Notes under the pieces: generated by a model
Database searches by the model: none
What the model saw: the letters and a program-made list of their open reading frames with translations, nothing else
Told to the model about the DNA's origin: nothing
Translations under genes and position numbers: made by a program
DNA from: a virus
Direction: 5' to 3' (one strand)
Virus record (IMG/VR): IMGVR_UViG_3300028581_000024
Coordinates: 28,063 to 92,062 of that record
DNA: 64,000 nt
Shown: piece after piece, positions 9,965 to 19,533 of the stretch
Layout: each line of letters opens with the position of its first letter
Position numbering within the stretch: the first letter of the stretch is position 1

Positions 9965-10510
9965 TTAGGACTGGCGAGTAAAATAATGGTAGGCTAGCTT
10001 CACGTCAAACGAAACAATATCGCCTTTACCAGCTGAGAAATCATACTTAATGCCGCCAACTTCTCTAATGCTTACACCGATTAATTGATATTGAGCAACT
10101 TTCTCCATCTTAGTATCGAGTTGAACTAGATCGATTACACTTGCTTGTGTTGGGGTGAAGTAATTGCCTGTGCTATTGGTATCGTTAAAGGTATCACGCG
10201 TCCAATCTTCAAATTTCTGTCTGATGTTATTTTTAGCATCATTGTAGAATGTTAATGAGTAATTAGCACTGTCTGGGTATGCAGCAACACCAGGAAGGTT
10301 AAAATTTAACCCCATGTAGCTTGTTGTTACATTGTTAATTTGTCTAGCGGGTAGTGAAGCAGATCTTGCGTAAACTAAATCATTCTCATCAAAGGTGGTT
10401 GTGGTGCCTCCGGGGGAGATACTCAATACCCTGAATTGAATATCGCGTTGAAAATCACGCGCAGAAGCTACTCTATAAAAATCCGAGATGAGTTGTTTTA
10501 CGGCTGGCAT
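9965..10510 (-). CDS. gp19: tail tube protein (gp19-like)
   Basis: 181 aa directly after sheath; ARSASLP...LPG...LTFYND...IRQKFEDW...VQLD. Confidence 0.85.
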   Translation of the reverse strand: MPAVKQLISDFYRVASARDFQRDIQFRVLSISPGGTTTTFDENDLVYARSASLPARQINNVTTSYMGLNFNLPGVAAYPDSANYSLTFYNDAKNNIRQKFEDWTRDTFNDTNSTGNYFTPTQASVIDLVQLDTKMEKVAQYQLIGVSIREVGGIKYDFSAGKGDIVSFDVKLAYHYFTRQS

Positions 10511-10539
10511 AGTATTATTATTTATTCTCCTTTTTTAGT

Positions 10540-12930
10540 TTAGGCTAATAACTCCTGGAAGTTTTGGCTAGTACGAGTTGCGTAGAAGCTTACCAAGATA
10601 AACTCTGCAGCACGTACTGGCTTGAGATAGATATCTACCTTCATTTCGTTATTATCAATAACATCTGGTGTATTATTTCGCTCATCGCAAATAATGAGGT
10701 AGTCATAAACACCTTCTGTGTTCTTGGCATTCTCAAAAATTGGAGTGAGCGTATTAATTACTTGAGTTCTCGTAAACAATGTATTAGGTTCAAATATGAA
10801 GAACTTAACTGTATCACGAGTTGCAACTTCAAGATTGAGGAACAATCTACGTACATTAATACGATCAAACGCACTGGGTTTCTTTAGCAGTGTCTTTTGA
10901 CCGAAGATTACAAAACCTTCAACGGGGAAGAAGGCAACTGGATTCAAGCCAAATTTATAAAGCTGATCGCGTTGCTTCATCTTAGGATATACACCCAAAT
11001 CATTAACACCAAGAAGAACTCCTCTTGTGAATCCAGCTGGTGCAAACCAAGGTTGGAAGTTAGCATCAGTATTACCCATTGCAGCAGCTGCAAAGCCACT
11101 AAATGGTACCCATACTTGTCTATTTGTAGCAGGATCAATTACTTGAGCTACTGTTGCATATGTACAAGCATAGCTCGAATCAATTAAACTAAATTGATGA
11201 CGTAGCGGCCAGTAGATGTGCTGACTGAAGTTTGTAGAGCTATAACCATCTGCTGCAGGATCTGGATCGAGACCCGCATTGGGTCCCCATAATTTCTTTG
11301 TATTGATTACTTTATTATTGTCACCTTGGACAAATATATGTCTTAGCGCATCAAGAATAACCAAGAAATCTTTTCTTTGATTCTGCGCTTGTTGTACGAA
11401 GATACTAGCAATACTATTGTATGTTGAGCGAATGAGTAAACCATCTCCGTCGAGATTCTCTGAATTAGTAGTATATAGAGCACTCAATGCATTAACAGGC
11501 CACGTATCAACATAAGGGCCATTTGCAGATAATGGTAAATTGCTATTCAGAGTCTGATATACTGAACCGATGTAAATAGAACCTAGACCAGCTTCACATG
11601 CAATATTAATAGGATAAAGATCTGGGTTTTCCACAAGCTCAAATACTCTCTCGAGCTTCTGGGGTAGATTACCAATATTTTTATCAGCAACTACTGTATT
11701 CGAATAGATACCAAACGGAAACAATGCATTAGTTGTACCAAATGCTTGTAGGAGTGATAATACTGTAGCAGACGAGGCACCAACACGTGTGGTATAAGAA
11801 GTATTATCATCTACAAATCCAGGGTTGTTAAATGGTGTTGCAAGCACTGGTGATAGCATTCTTGCTTTCTTTGTGGGGATACCGTCATTACCCAGCCAAG
11901 AGTCACCATAACGATTGCTGATATACGGGTTAACAATTATTCGTGCATTAGGTGAGTTGGATACCTGACTACCTAAGAAGAAACTAATAGCAGGGCCACC
12001 ATTTTGACTAGCGATTTGTCTGTGCCAGTCAAGCGAACCAGCATAGCTTTCTGCGAGTACATAATCAAGAGCAATAACATCAGGTGAAAAGACGCTCTGA
12101 CGTAGTTTAAATACACCAAGCGAAAGGGTATCATCAAATGTACGAGGGCTGAGATCGTAATTACTAATATTTTCCATTACTTCACTGATGCTAGACCCAT
12201 CACCAAACTTAGAAGCACTTAATGTAAAGTTTAATCTAGCTGGAGGAACATCCACATAGGTGTTAATGGATGTTGCATTACTAGCAATACCAGCAACACT
12301 CAAGACTCCGTCAAAAGGTGTTGCAGGGTTATTGTTGTTATTATCTGTTAGAGCAACATAATACCCTTCAAACTTATTATTAACTGTAGTTTGGGAGCGA
12401 TTCAAAACAATAACAGCTGCATCGTTTAAAGTATCGTAAGTGTACTTTACACCACTTTGAGGTAGAATATTGCTATGCCAGTTAACATTGTTGTTTAGTA
12501 ATTCTTGATACTGCTCTATGCTTAATTCTAAATGTGTTGGTGTACCCAAGAAATATGTATCAGCTGAAGAAACATTCGATGTATAGGTACCATTCTTAGT
12601 GAATGCAGCAGGATAGACCAGGGCACTATATCTCCACTCAGCAAACCCCTCACCTTTAGCTACACCGTAAGGTAGTCTCGAAACTTTTAATTGAATGGGC
12701 GATTGTAAGGAGGCTTTTACTGTATGGTAAAAATATCTTTCTGCGGCATTTGTAGGTGTACCATAAATAGCTTCAAATTCGCCCATGCTTGTTGGTTCGA
12801 GAACCTCGTCTATTGGACCTTGAGCAGCAAAACCTGTAATAAAAACGCTTGTACCTTGATTGACCACCGGGCGAAGCGTAAGATCAACTTCTCTGATCTC
12901 TACCCCGGGACTTTGAATTGTTCTGGCCAT
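10540..12930 (-). CDS. gp18: contractile tail sheath protein
   Basis: SPGVEIREVDLT N-terminus; PWFAPAGFTRG; GQKTL...SAFDRINVRRLF; IYLKPVRAAEFI. Confidence 0.97.
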   Translation of the reverse strand: MARTIQSPGVEIREVDLTLRPVVNQGTSVFITGFAAQGPIDEVLEPTSMGEFEAIYGTPTNAAERYFYHTVKASLQSPIQLKVSRLPYGVAKGEGFAEWRYSALVYPAAFTKNGTYTSNVSSADTYFLGTPTHLELSIEQYQELLNNNVNWHSNILPQSGVKYTYDTLNDAAVIVLNRSQTTVNNKFEGYYVALTDNNNNNPATPFDGVLSVAGIASNATSINTYVDVPPARLNFTLSASKFGDGSSISEVMENISNYDLSPRTFDDTLSLGVFKLRQSVFSPDVIALDYVLAESYAGSLDWHRQIASQNGGPAISFFLGSQVSNSPNARIIVNPYISNRYGDSWLGNDGIPTKKARMLSPVLATPFNNPGFVDDNTSYTTRVGASSATVLSLLQAFGTTNALFPFGIYSNTVVADKNIGNLPQKLERVFELVENPDLYPINIACEAGLGSIYIGSVYQTLNSNLPLSANGPYVDTWPVNALSALYTTNSENLDGDGLLIRSTYNSIASIFVQQAQNQRKDFLVILDALRHIFVQGDNNKVINTKKLWGPNAGLDPDPAADGYSSTNFSQHIYWPLRHQFSLIDSSYACTYATVAQVIDPATNRQVWVPFSGFAAAAMGNTDANFQPWFAPAGFTRGVLLGVNDLGVYPKMKQRDQLYKFGLNPVAFFPVEGFVIFGQKTLLKKPSAFDRINVRRLFLNLEVATRDTVKFFIFEPNTLFTRTQVINTLTPIFENAKNTEGVYDYLIICDERNNTPDVIDNNEMKVDIYLKPVRAAEFILVSFYATRTSQNFQELLA

Positions 12931-12931
12931 T

Positions 12932-12967
12932 TTAGTTTACACCTCTTACAAGAAATTGTTGACTCAT
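12932..12967 (-). CDS. putative 11-aa upstream ORF (MSQQFLVRGVN) of the sheath gene
   Basis: ATG 8 nt below TATAAATA (12976-12983); TAA ends 1 nt before the sheath ATG. Confidence 0.35.
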   Translation of the reverse strand: MSQQFLVRGVN

Positions 12968-12975
12968 ATCGTTTA

Positions 12976-12983
12976 TATTTATA
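12976..12983 (-). promoter_or_regulatory. T4-type late promoter of sheath operon
   Basis: exact TATAAATA; gp55 encoded in window. Confidence 0.8.
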
Positions 12984-13021
12984 CCTTTGCCGACCAACTT
13001 TTACAGAATTTTTTCTCTTTT

Positions 13022-13606
13022 TTACAGCAAGGACATTTTTAACTGATGATATGCAAATTGAAACCCACATTCCATTTCACTTGAATCCCTATCATTATAG
13101 TTTACACCTTCAAGACCAATAGGAAAAGTTCTAATATAGTCAAATCTAACAGTTTGCTTGTTATATTCGTCCAAACCGTATATAGATATATCTGTCATAT
13201 ATTCAGAGGTGTTTGAATCTATGTTTTGATTACTAGGATCAAAAATACCAGTGGACGAATTATTAAAAATATCTAACCATTTAAATAAAACCCAATAATT
13301 GTTAAATTGATTATCTACAGTAAAGTTAATCTTCAAGCTTGGAAATTCGGGTCTAGCATAGGATGTTACTTTGAGTGTTTGGCCACCGTAAGGTACTAAT
13401 ACAGGGGGTATTTCTACTGGTGGTGCAATTGCTCCAAACACGCTAAACTGCAAAGTGTTGAAGTTTACGGAAGAGTTTCTCCTTGCAACTTCAGCAACTT
13501 TATCTTTTAGAATAGTAGGTATAGTTAGTACACATAGAAATTTATCCCTACGTTGTTTATTGAAGGGGCTCTGAAAAACTGGTTGCTGGTTTACAGGTGT
13601 TGCCAC
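13022..13606 (-). CDS. tail completion / tube terminator protein (gp3-like)
   Basis: tube-fold pattern LKINFTVDNQFNNYWVLFKWL...FPIGL; TATAAATA at 13611-13618 inside terminase 3' end. Confidence 0.6.
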   Translation of the reverse strand: MATPVNQQPVFQSPFNKQRRDKFLCVLTIPTILKDKVAEVARRNSSVNFNTLQFSVFGAIAPPVEIPPVLVPYGGQTLKVTSYARPEFPSLKINFTVDNQFNNYWVLFKWLDIFNNSSTGIFDPSNQNIDSNTSEYMTDISIYGLDEYNKQTVRFDYIRTFPIGLEGVNYNDRDSSEMECGFQFAYHQLKMSLL

Positions 13607-15330
13607 GAGTTATTTATATCATCATCAGATTGCTGGTTGGGAAATTCCCACCCCTGCTGTTTTAAGGTCTCTATATCACTATCCAAGTCTTTTGCATCGT
13701 TTATTACGACGGGAAGAATATTTTGATCACTATTGCCAAGCTTTTCATTAGAGTACATACTAAAAGGGCTTATAACCCCTCTAATACCATAGTCTAGGGG
13801 CTTAATAACTTGTGGTCGGTCACAATCATCAAGTGAGATAACATCAAAATATTTTACACAAATTTCATTCTCCAGGCTTATTAATGCCCATATTAAGGAC
13901 ATGATTCGATCATCCCAACTATCTGCACCAGGTCGAGCACCCCACGTATTATTAGGGTACCGAATAAAGTTTTTTAGCTCCTTTAAAGTATTAACATCGC
14001 GTATTCGAACTACTTTGAGTTCGTTTACCCAATACCGCATATTCATTACACCTCTATACTTGGTGTTGGTGTGAGCTAGAATACCAACACGTTTTGCTTC
14101 ATTTTTATCACCAGCTTTAGCACCCCAAGAGATAATATTTTCATATCTATGTGTGAATTTCAGTTGTTCGACAACCTGGGCACCACAATTATTTCTCTCT
14201 ATACTCACTGGCGGGCGGCCCCATTGATTTAAAATTTCTAATAATTTTGCAGTTAATTGAAATGGGACTGTATCCCGTGTATGATATACTGCAACTTGTT
14301 CTATGGAAGTTAGATCAGTAATATCTAACACCTGTACTACACTTGCAGCTTCTCCTACACCTTCACTTATATCTACACCAACAGTATATATTCTACCTTC
14401 ACGGGGCTCTTCCCAGACAAGATATTTACCGTCATCAAAAATAAATTCTGGTTCCCGTATCTCTCTCTGTAAACTATTATACAAAGCTTCATCAACTGTG
14501 CTTTCACCACCATGAATAAACTCATTACCAAATTCTTGTGAGAAAGCTTCAACGCTTCCTAAAGTTCTAATTGTATCGTTTTTCCATTTTTCATCACGGC
14601 CTGGAATTTCCCACCAGTCAATTCGTTCCGAAACCCAATTGTTATCACCAGCATGAGCACCTGTATACAGTTTATAAAAAAGATTATCCGTCCCATTTGG
14701 CGTACTTGCAATAAAAATTTTACTTTTCTTACTACTAGAAATAATAGGGTATACGGATTCCCAGAATTTTTCTACAATATGATTATCAATAAATGCCAAC
14801 TCATCAAGAATTAAGCAATTGCAGCTATCACCTCTACCTGCATCACTACTTGTAGTGCTAATCCCTATACTACTACCATTAGTCAGGGTCATACTCGTTT
14901 GACCGTACTCTACAACCCCCGGTTTTAAGAAATTGGGTAACATTTCATATGCCATTCGAACTCTTTTAAAAATATTTTTTGCTGTCTGCTCTTTATTTGC
15001 TACAATTAAAATTCTTTGATCTTCGTTAAAACATGCATTCCATAAACAGTATATCGTCATTAATGTTGTTTTACCTATCTGTCGTGACGCTAGCAAAATA
15101 ATAAATCTACCGTCTCTAAGAGTTCTTAAAACTTTCTTTTGACAGGAGTATAAACTAATTTTCTCTTTACCGCGGTCTAGATTGATAATAAAGAAATAAT
15201 TTTCAGCAAAGTGTAACAAGTTTCTTTTGCATTTTTTGAGTTCATTAACCATTTCTGGCGTATACTCATGCTTTGTATCTGATGTTGGCAGCTTATCATT
15301 ACCAAGATAATATTTTTCTTTTTTCATCAT
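13591..15330 (-). CDS. gp17: terminase large subunit
   Basis: SRQIGKTT Walker A, LILDELAF Walker B, ASTPNG, GVDISEG nuclease motif, DDRIMSL. Confidence 0.97.
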   Translation of the reverse strand: MMKKEKYYLGNDKLPTSDTKHEYTPEMVNELKKCKRNLLHFAENYFFIINLDRGKEKISLYSCQKKVLRTLRDGRFIILLASRQIGKTTLMTIYCLWNACFNEDQRILIVANKEQTAKNIFKRVRMAYEMLPNFLKPGVVEYGQTSMTLTNGSSIGISTTSSDAGRGDSCNCLILDELAFIDNHIVEKFWESVYPIISSSKKSKIFIASTPNGTDNLFYKLYTGAHAGDNNWVSERIDWWEIPGRDEKWKNDTIRTLGSVEAFSQEFGNEFIHGGESTVDEALYNSLQREIREPEFIFDDGKYLVWEEPREGRIYTVGVDISEGVGEAASVVQVLDITDLTSIEQVAVYHTRDTVPFQLTAKLLEILNQWGRPPVSIERNNCGAQVVEQLKFTHRYENIISWGAKAGDKNEAKRVGILAHTNTKYRGVMNMRYWVNELKVVRIRDVNTLKELKNFIRYPNNTWGARPGADSWDDRIMSLIWALISLENEICVKYFDVISLDDCDRPQVIKPLDYGIRGVISPFSMYSNEKLGNSDQNILPVVINDAKDLDSDIETLKQQGWEFPNQQSDDDINNSWQHL

Positions 15331-15346
15331 TTATGTTATTTAGAGG

Positions 15347-15354
15347 TATAAATA
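15347..15354 (+). promoter_or_regulatory. T4-type late promoter
   Basis: exact TATAAATA 5 nt above ATG 15360, back-to-back with TCTAAATA (15337-15344, minus) for terminase. Confidence 0.8.
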
Positions 15355-15359
15355 GATAT

Positions 15360-16259
15360 ATGACAAGAGTAAGTTCAATCAAAGATATTGGCCTAGTATA
15401 TGAAGAGGTGCTAAAACAAAGTAGACCAGCACCCGAAAAGCAAGTAGAAGTGGTTGAAGAAAAAGCAGTTAAAAAGCTTGACACCTTTCCTCGCGCTACT
15501 GATAAGAAGATAGACGTAAAAAAGATTACTGCCAAGGGTTCTGACAAGAATGCCTTTGTGCATAAGGATTCAGGTCCTGAGGCTAAGCTCGGAAGTAAGA
15601 AGGAAATCATTGACCCTAAGACGGCCAAAGAAGATAATCATTATCAGCCACAAAAATTTTCTGATAACACAAAAAAATTAAACCAAGAGAATATAAATAA
15701 TAGTATGAAATCAATTTTTGATAAATTATATGAAGATGTAATGGGTGACGACAAACTCGATGTCGGCATTCAAGCTGGCCCTGAAGGAGAGGCCGCCGAT
15801 GCTAAGGATCTAGATCTTAGCGGTGGTAGCGAAGATACCATCACGGTAAAGCTCGATAAAGATACTGCTCATAAGCTACATGATGCTTTGATGAGCGTCC
15901 TTGGTGCTGATGAAGCCGCTGATGACGAAGCTGCTGATGAAGCCGCAGATGATATTGAGTCTGCTGACGATGTTCAAGCTGCTGAAATGGAAGAGATTCC
16001 AACAGAAGTGGCTGGTGAAGGTGTTGATATTAAAGAAGTGCCTGCTTCTGCTGGACAATCCTTACAGAAGAAGGGTGGATTTCCTACAGTCGGAACAAAG
16101 ACAGGTCATGCTAAAGGTTCTAAAGCATCTGGTCAAGTTGCAACAGAGATTGATGCCAAAGGAACACCTCTTGCTGATGCCAAAGGTCATTCTTTAACTG
16201 CTAAGAGCGCCAATAAAGTTAACGCTCCCGGTTACAAAGCTGGTGACTTTTTTAAATAA
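15360..16259 (+). CDS. acidic late protein (head core/scaffold-like) with nested in-frame start at 15705
   Basis: TATAAATA 15347-15354 before MTRVSS; second TATAAATA 15692-15699 before MKSIFDKLYE; ADEAADD acidic repeats. Confidence 0.55.
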   Translation: MTRVSSIKDIGLVYEEVLKQSRPAPEKQVEVVEEKAVKKLDTFPRATDKKIDVKKITAKGSDKNAFVHKDSGPEAKLGSKKEIIDPKTAKEDNHYQPQKFSDNTKKLNQENINNSMKSIFDKLYEDVMGDDKLDVGIQAGPEGEAADAKDLDLSGGSEDTITVKLDKDTAHKLHDALMSVLGADEAADDEAADEAADDIESADDVQAAEMEEIPTEVAGEGVDIKEVPASAGQSLQKKGGFPTVGTKTGHAKGSKASGQVATEIDAKGTPLADAKGHSLTAKSANKVNAPGYKAGDFFK

Positions 16260-16282
16260 ACAATAGTTACATTTAAAAATAG

Positions 16283-16309
16283 AAAAGCCGTCTTTATGAC
16301 GGCTTTTTT
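16283..16309 (+). terminator. rho-independent terminator (possibly bidirectional)
   Basis: AAAAGCCGTC-TTTAT-GACGGCTTTTTT. Confidence 0.85.
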
Positions 16310-16323
16310 ATTATAAATAATAG

Positions 16324-16719
16324 ATGAGTATTTTTAGAGAAGCATTTCTACAGGCTCTTCAAGAAGATTTAATTAATTCTGCCACAACATGGAATACGGG
16401 CATAGGGCAGCTACATTATTCTGGTGCTATCTTTCCAAAAGTTAATCTAGACAAGCCAAAAGAACGACATAGAAAGGTTATTAAGGATCCAAAATTCAGA
16501 AAACATGCTCAAACAGTACCAGACATGCATAAAGCAGATCATACAGCTATACAGGCCGTCAATAATATGAGTGGTAAAAAGTTATCAGAAGACGAATTAC
16601 AACAAATTTGTAAAAAATATGGCATTTCTAGGCTCAATACCCAGCAATCTAAAAATTTAGGTAATACTGGCAAAGTCTTACGCTTCGATCCTAATGTACG
16701 GGGCTATGTACTACAATGA
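16324..16719 (+). CDS. hypothetical late/virion protein
   Basis: TATAAATA 16312-16319; starts MSIFREAFLQALQE. Confidence 0.55.
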   Translation: MSIFREAFLQALQEDLINSATTWNTGIGQLHYSGAIFPKVNLDKPKERHRKVIKDPKFRKHAQTVPDMHKADHTAIQAVNNMSGKKLSEDELQQICKKYGISRLNTQQSKNLGNTGKVLRFDPNVRGYVLQ

Positions 16720-17471
16720 ACAGTATAGACAAATACACTGGTGTTAACTGTATACGAAAATACCCTCTAGAATACACAACTAGTACCCTAAGATTCACGG
16801 ATAAAGAGAATAATCAAAATGAACGACAACTTTTTAGTAATTATTGGCGAGAGCAAATAGATTTATACGGCCAAAAAATTGCTTATTACAGAAATACATA
16901 CAGCACATTATGTGCAGATAATATATATGGTGAGCAACCGTTATCCAAATTTGAAGACCCTAAAGAGTTTGTAATGTTGGTTAGGTTAACCGAAAACGCT
17001 CTCGTACTAAGTAAATTTGGATTTCAAAGTGATGATCAAATAACAGCTTATGTACACATAAGCTCTTTTTATGCAGTTTACCCACCAGAGGTAGAACCTA
17101 AATCTGGTGACGTCTTTAAATTAAAAGAATATGGTAGCGATAGACCTGGTGAACGTGATGGTAAGCTCTTTGAAATAACTGAGCGTGTAGATGAAGATAA
17201 TTCTGCTATTAACCCGTTGATGGGTCACTATGTTTGGATGTTAAAGGCTAAGCGATTTGATTATTCCTTCCAGCCCAATATTCCTCCAGAAAGAGGAAGT
17301 ACACAAGTACAAGATAGCACACAATATGGTACGATTAGTGCTGCATTTGATAATGCAGGTACATTAACACCGCGTGGAAGTGCGTATCCTTACGATCCAA
17401 ATACTGTTAGTAAGACTAAGGTATTTGATATGACGCAAAACAATACTCTTGAATACGGTGGGTACTACTAA
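16716..17471 (+). CDS. neck / head-closure protein (gp14-like)
   Basis: EQIDLYGQKIAYY...IYGE...LSKFGFQSDD...PKSGD...LFEITE...KRFDYS, typical gp14 pattern. Confidence 0.75.
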   Translation: MNSIDKYTGVNCIRKYPLEYTTSTLRFTDKENNQNERQLFSNYWREQIDLYGQKIAYYRNTYSTLCADNIYGEQPLSKFEDPKEFVMLVRLTENALVLSKFGFQSDDQITAYVHISSFYAVYPPEVEPKSGDVFKLKEYGSDRPGERDGKLFEITERVDEDNSAINPLMGHYVWMLKAKRFDYSFQPNIPPERGSTQVQDSTQYGTISAAFDNAGTLTPRGSAYPYDPNTVSKTKVFDMTQNNTLEYGGYY

Positions 17472-17809
17472 GGCTTAATAATTTCTTGCAATTCGGCTTC
17501 AGGTATTTCCTCTTCGATCTCTACAACTTCATCCTTATCAATAAACTTGGGAATACATGTTGCAATAATATCTTTCTTAAATTCCTCACGTTCAATATCT
17601 AGCAACATAGTCTCCATACGCTGCTCAATATACTTTTGAAAAGCTAATGGTTTAACCCAAAAGTCATCCGATATCATATCTGCTTTAAGTTCTGCGGCTC
17701 TACGCTCTACAACATCAATAGCCTCAATCAAGCAAAGCCACCTAGCGTACTCGTCTTTTTTTAGATTATGCGTTTTATTTCCAACAACCGTAATATTATT
17801 TTCGTTCAT
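17468..17809 (-). CDS. hypothetical protein
   Basis: 113-aa ORF with upstream TTGAAC...TACCAT promoter-like element. Confidence 0.55.
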   Translation of the reverse strand: MNENNITVVGNKTHNLKKDEYARWLCLIEAIDVVERRAAELKADMISDDFWVKPLAFQKYIEQRMETMLLDIEREEFKKDIIATCIPKFIDKDEVVEIEEEIPEAELQEIIKP

Positions 17810-17853
17810 TTATAAATGGTATAAGAAATACTAAACCCGTTCAAGCACTTTAT

Positions 17854-18246
17854 TTAGCGCATCTTGCCGAGAACAAACCCAATAAGGGTGCTATAAAAAG
17901 TGAGGGTGTCAAACTCAACACCACTTTTATGAAGTAGCTTAAAAGTACTTCTCAATACATCGAAGGCATCTTTTATAAAGAGAGCCTTGTCTAAATTATT
18001 CTTTTCTTTTAACTGAAGTCTTAATGAAGACTCTAAAACATCAAAAAAGTTTTCAACAAACTCTGCTGTAGTTTTGTTAATGCCTGTAGAGCTTGCAACA
18101 GCATTTTTATATATTTTATAAGGGACTTGCCCCTTTGCGAAAAAAAAGTCATTTGCTTCAGACTTAATCTTACTAAGACTCATAGGCGTATCATACCCAG
18201 AGACAGGCATAATTTGACTAGCAGGTACCTCTATATACTCCATCAA
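17854..18246 (-). CDS. hypothetical protein
   Basis: 130-aa ORF coupled to upstream gene. Confidence 0.5.
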   Translation of the reverse strand: MMEYIEVPASQIMPVSGYDTPMSLSKIKSEANDFFFAKGQVPYKIYKNAVASSTGINKTTAEFVENFFDVLESSLRLQLKEKNNLDKALFIKDAFDVLRSTFKLLHKSGVEFDTLTFYSTLIGFVLGKMR

Positions 18247-18671
18247 ACTTCCTCCTTTACATTTTCAACTTGTTGTAAAAGTACTTGCGGGTCAGTAGCT
18301 ACCGGTATAGTGGACAGTACTGTTTTTAATTTAACTAAAACATTAACCGTCTTATTACAACCCGGGCAGTTATATTCGTTCCGCTCATTTAACAAAATAG
18401 GGACAAAGCTTTTCACCCCACGATCGCAAGGACACGTAACTGTTGATCCTTGCTTACTCAACTCAGCCTCTCGCTCAACTATCAATCTTTCCTCTTCTAT
18501 AGCTAACTTTTTCTCTGTATAGTCTCTATAAAAATAAAAACAAACAAACTGTAGCGCAACAAAAAAACCTAATGCGCTTAGAAAGTTAACATGCAAAAAG
18601 GTAAATGGCCAAGCAAGTACACTACCGACTAGAAATGTAAGGCCGAAACTCGATAAGAGCCTAGTAAACAT
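18243..18671 (-). CDS. membrane protein (2 TM helices) with C-terminal CxC...CxxC zinc ribbon
   Basis: hydrophobic N-terminus; CPCD...CPGC; own sigma70-like promoter 18678-18705. Confidence 0.6.
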   Translation of the reverse strand: MFTRLLSSFGLTFLVGSVLAWPFTFLHVNFLSALGFFVALQFVCFYFYRDYTEKKLAIEEERLIVEREAELSKQGSTVTCPCDRGVKSFVPILLNERNEYNCPGCNKTVNVLVKLKTVLSTIPVATDPQVLLQQVENVKEEV

Positions 18672-18691
18672 GTATTAATAATATACGAAGC

Positions 18692-19066
18692 TTACTCTTT
18701 TTCAACTATCTTATTAAGCTGTTCTGTACAAGAAAATATAGCATCTTGTATGGCTTCCATTTTCTTGTTTAACTCTCTAATAGCTTTTATACCTTCTACA
18801 TTATCTTTGACAACAGGGTTCACTAGACTATTTTGCAGTTGACGTCTAAAATCAGCACATTTCACAAAAATATCCCCAAGATAATCTAAGGCAAGTTCTA
18901 AGGGAAATGGTAGTCTTTTTGGAGCATTTGTGGTATTTCTATATCTATTAACAATATCCGCAACCGTAATAACCTCGGGCTGTAAATCACGAGTAGCTAT
19001 GCCGCTTACCCATTTATTATATAATTTCTGTGAATCTTCACTTAAAACACTAGGCCTTTTGCTCAC
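18692..19066 (-). CDS. hypothetical late protein
   Basis: 124 aa; TTAAATA 4 nt above GTG start. Confidence 0.5.
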   Translation of the reverse strand: MSKRPSVLSEDSQKLYNKWVSGIATRDLQPEVITVADIVNRYRNTTNAPKRLPFPLELALDYLGDIFVKCADFRRQLQNSLVNPVVKDNVEGIKAIRELNKKMEAIQDAIFSCTEQLNKIVEKE

Positions 19067-19116
19067 ATATTATTTAATAAAGCTCTAATATTATTATCGT
19101 AAATAATAAATATAAT

Positions 19117-19533
19117 ATGAGTCTTTTCCAAAAGGAGTTTTTAGCCGTTCTAGAAGCAGATGAAAACCAAGCCGCACCAACAGATACTGCTGCAGCTGAG
19201 CAAGCAGCAATGCAACAGCAGCTAGATCCAACCACCGATCCTAAGGCACTTGATGCAAATGCGCCACAAGGTGTTGATCAAGCACGTGCAGGTCATAACG
19301 CAGCACAAAAGAAAATTCTCGGTACATGGATTAAGCAAGTAGCAGATTTTGTTGAGTTTTTAAATGGTGTGAGTCCTAATAGCGTTCAATCACAACTTTT
19401 CAATAGCAGCTGCGATACACTTTTCGAGCGCATTTCTACAAGTGAAAAGAAAAGAATTTCTCGCGTTGCTATGGAATTAAGTTCCTTTAACGAATCGTTA
19501 AAAGGCTATCTCATATCTGGTGACGAATCTTAA
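19117..19533 (+). CDS. hypothetical late/virion protein
   Basis: AATAAATA 19105-19112; starts MSLFQKEFLAVLE. Confidence 0.55.
   Translation: MSLFQKEFLAVLEADENQAAPTDTAAAEQAAMQQQLDPTTDPKALDANAPQGVDQARAGHNAAQKKILGTWIKQVADFVEFLNGVSPNSVQSQLFNSSCDTLFERISTSEKKRISRVAMELSSFNESLKGYLISGDES

Noticed and set aside
15906-15970. GCTGATGA(A/C) tandem repeats
   Set aside because: Simple coding repeat for an acidic ADEAADD linker.
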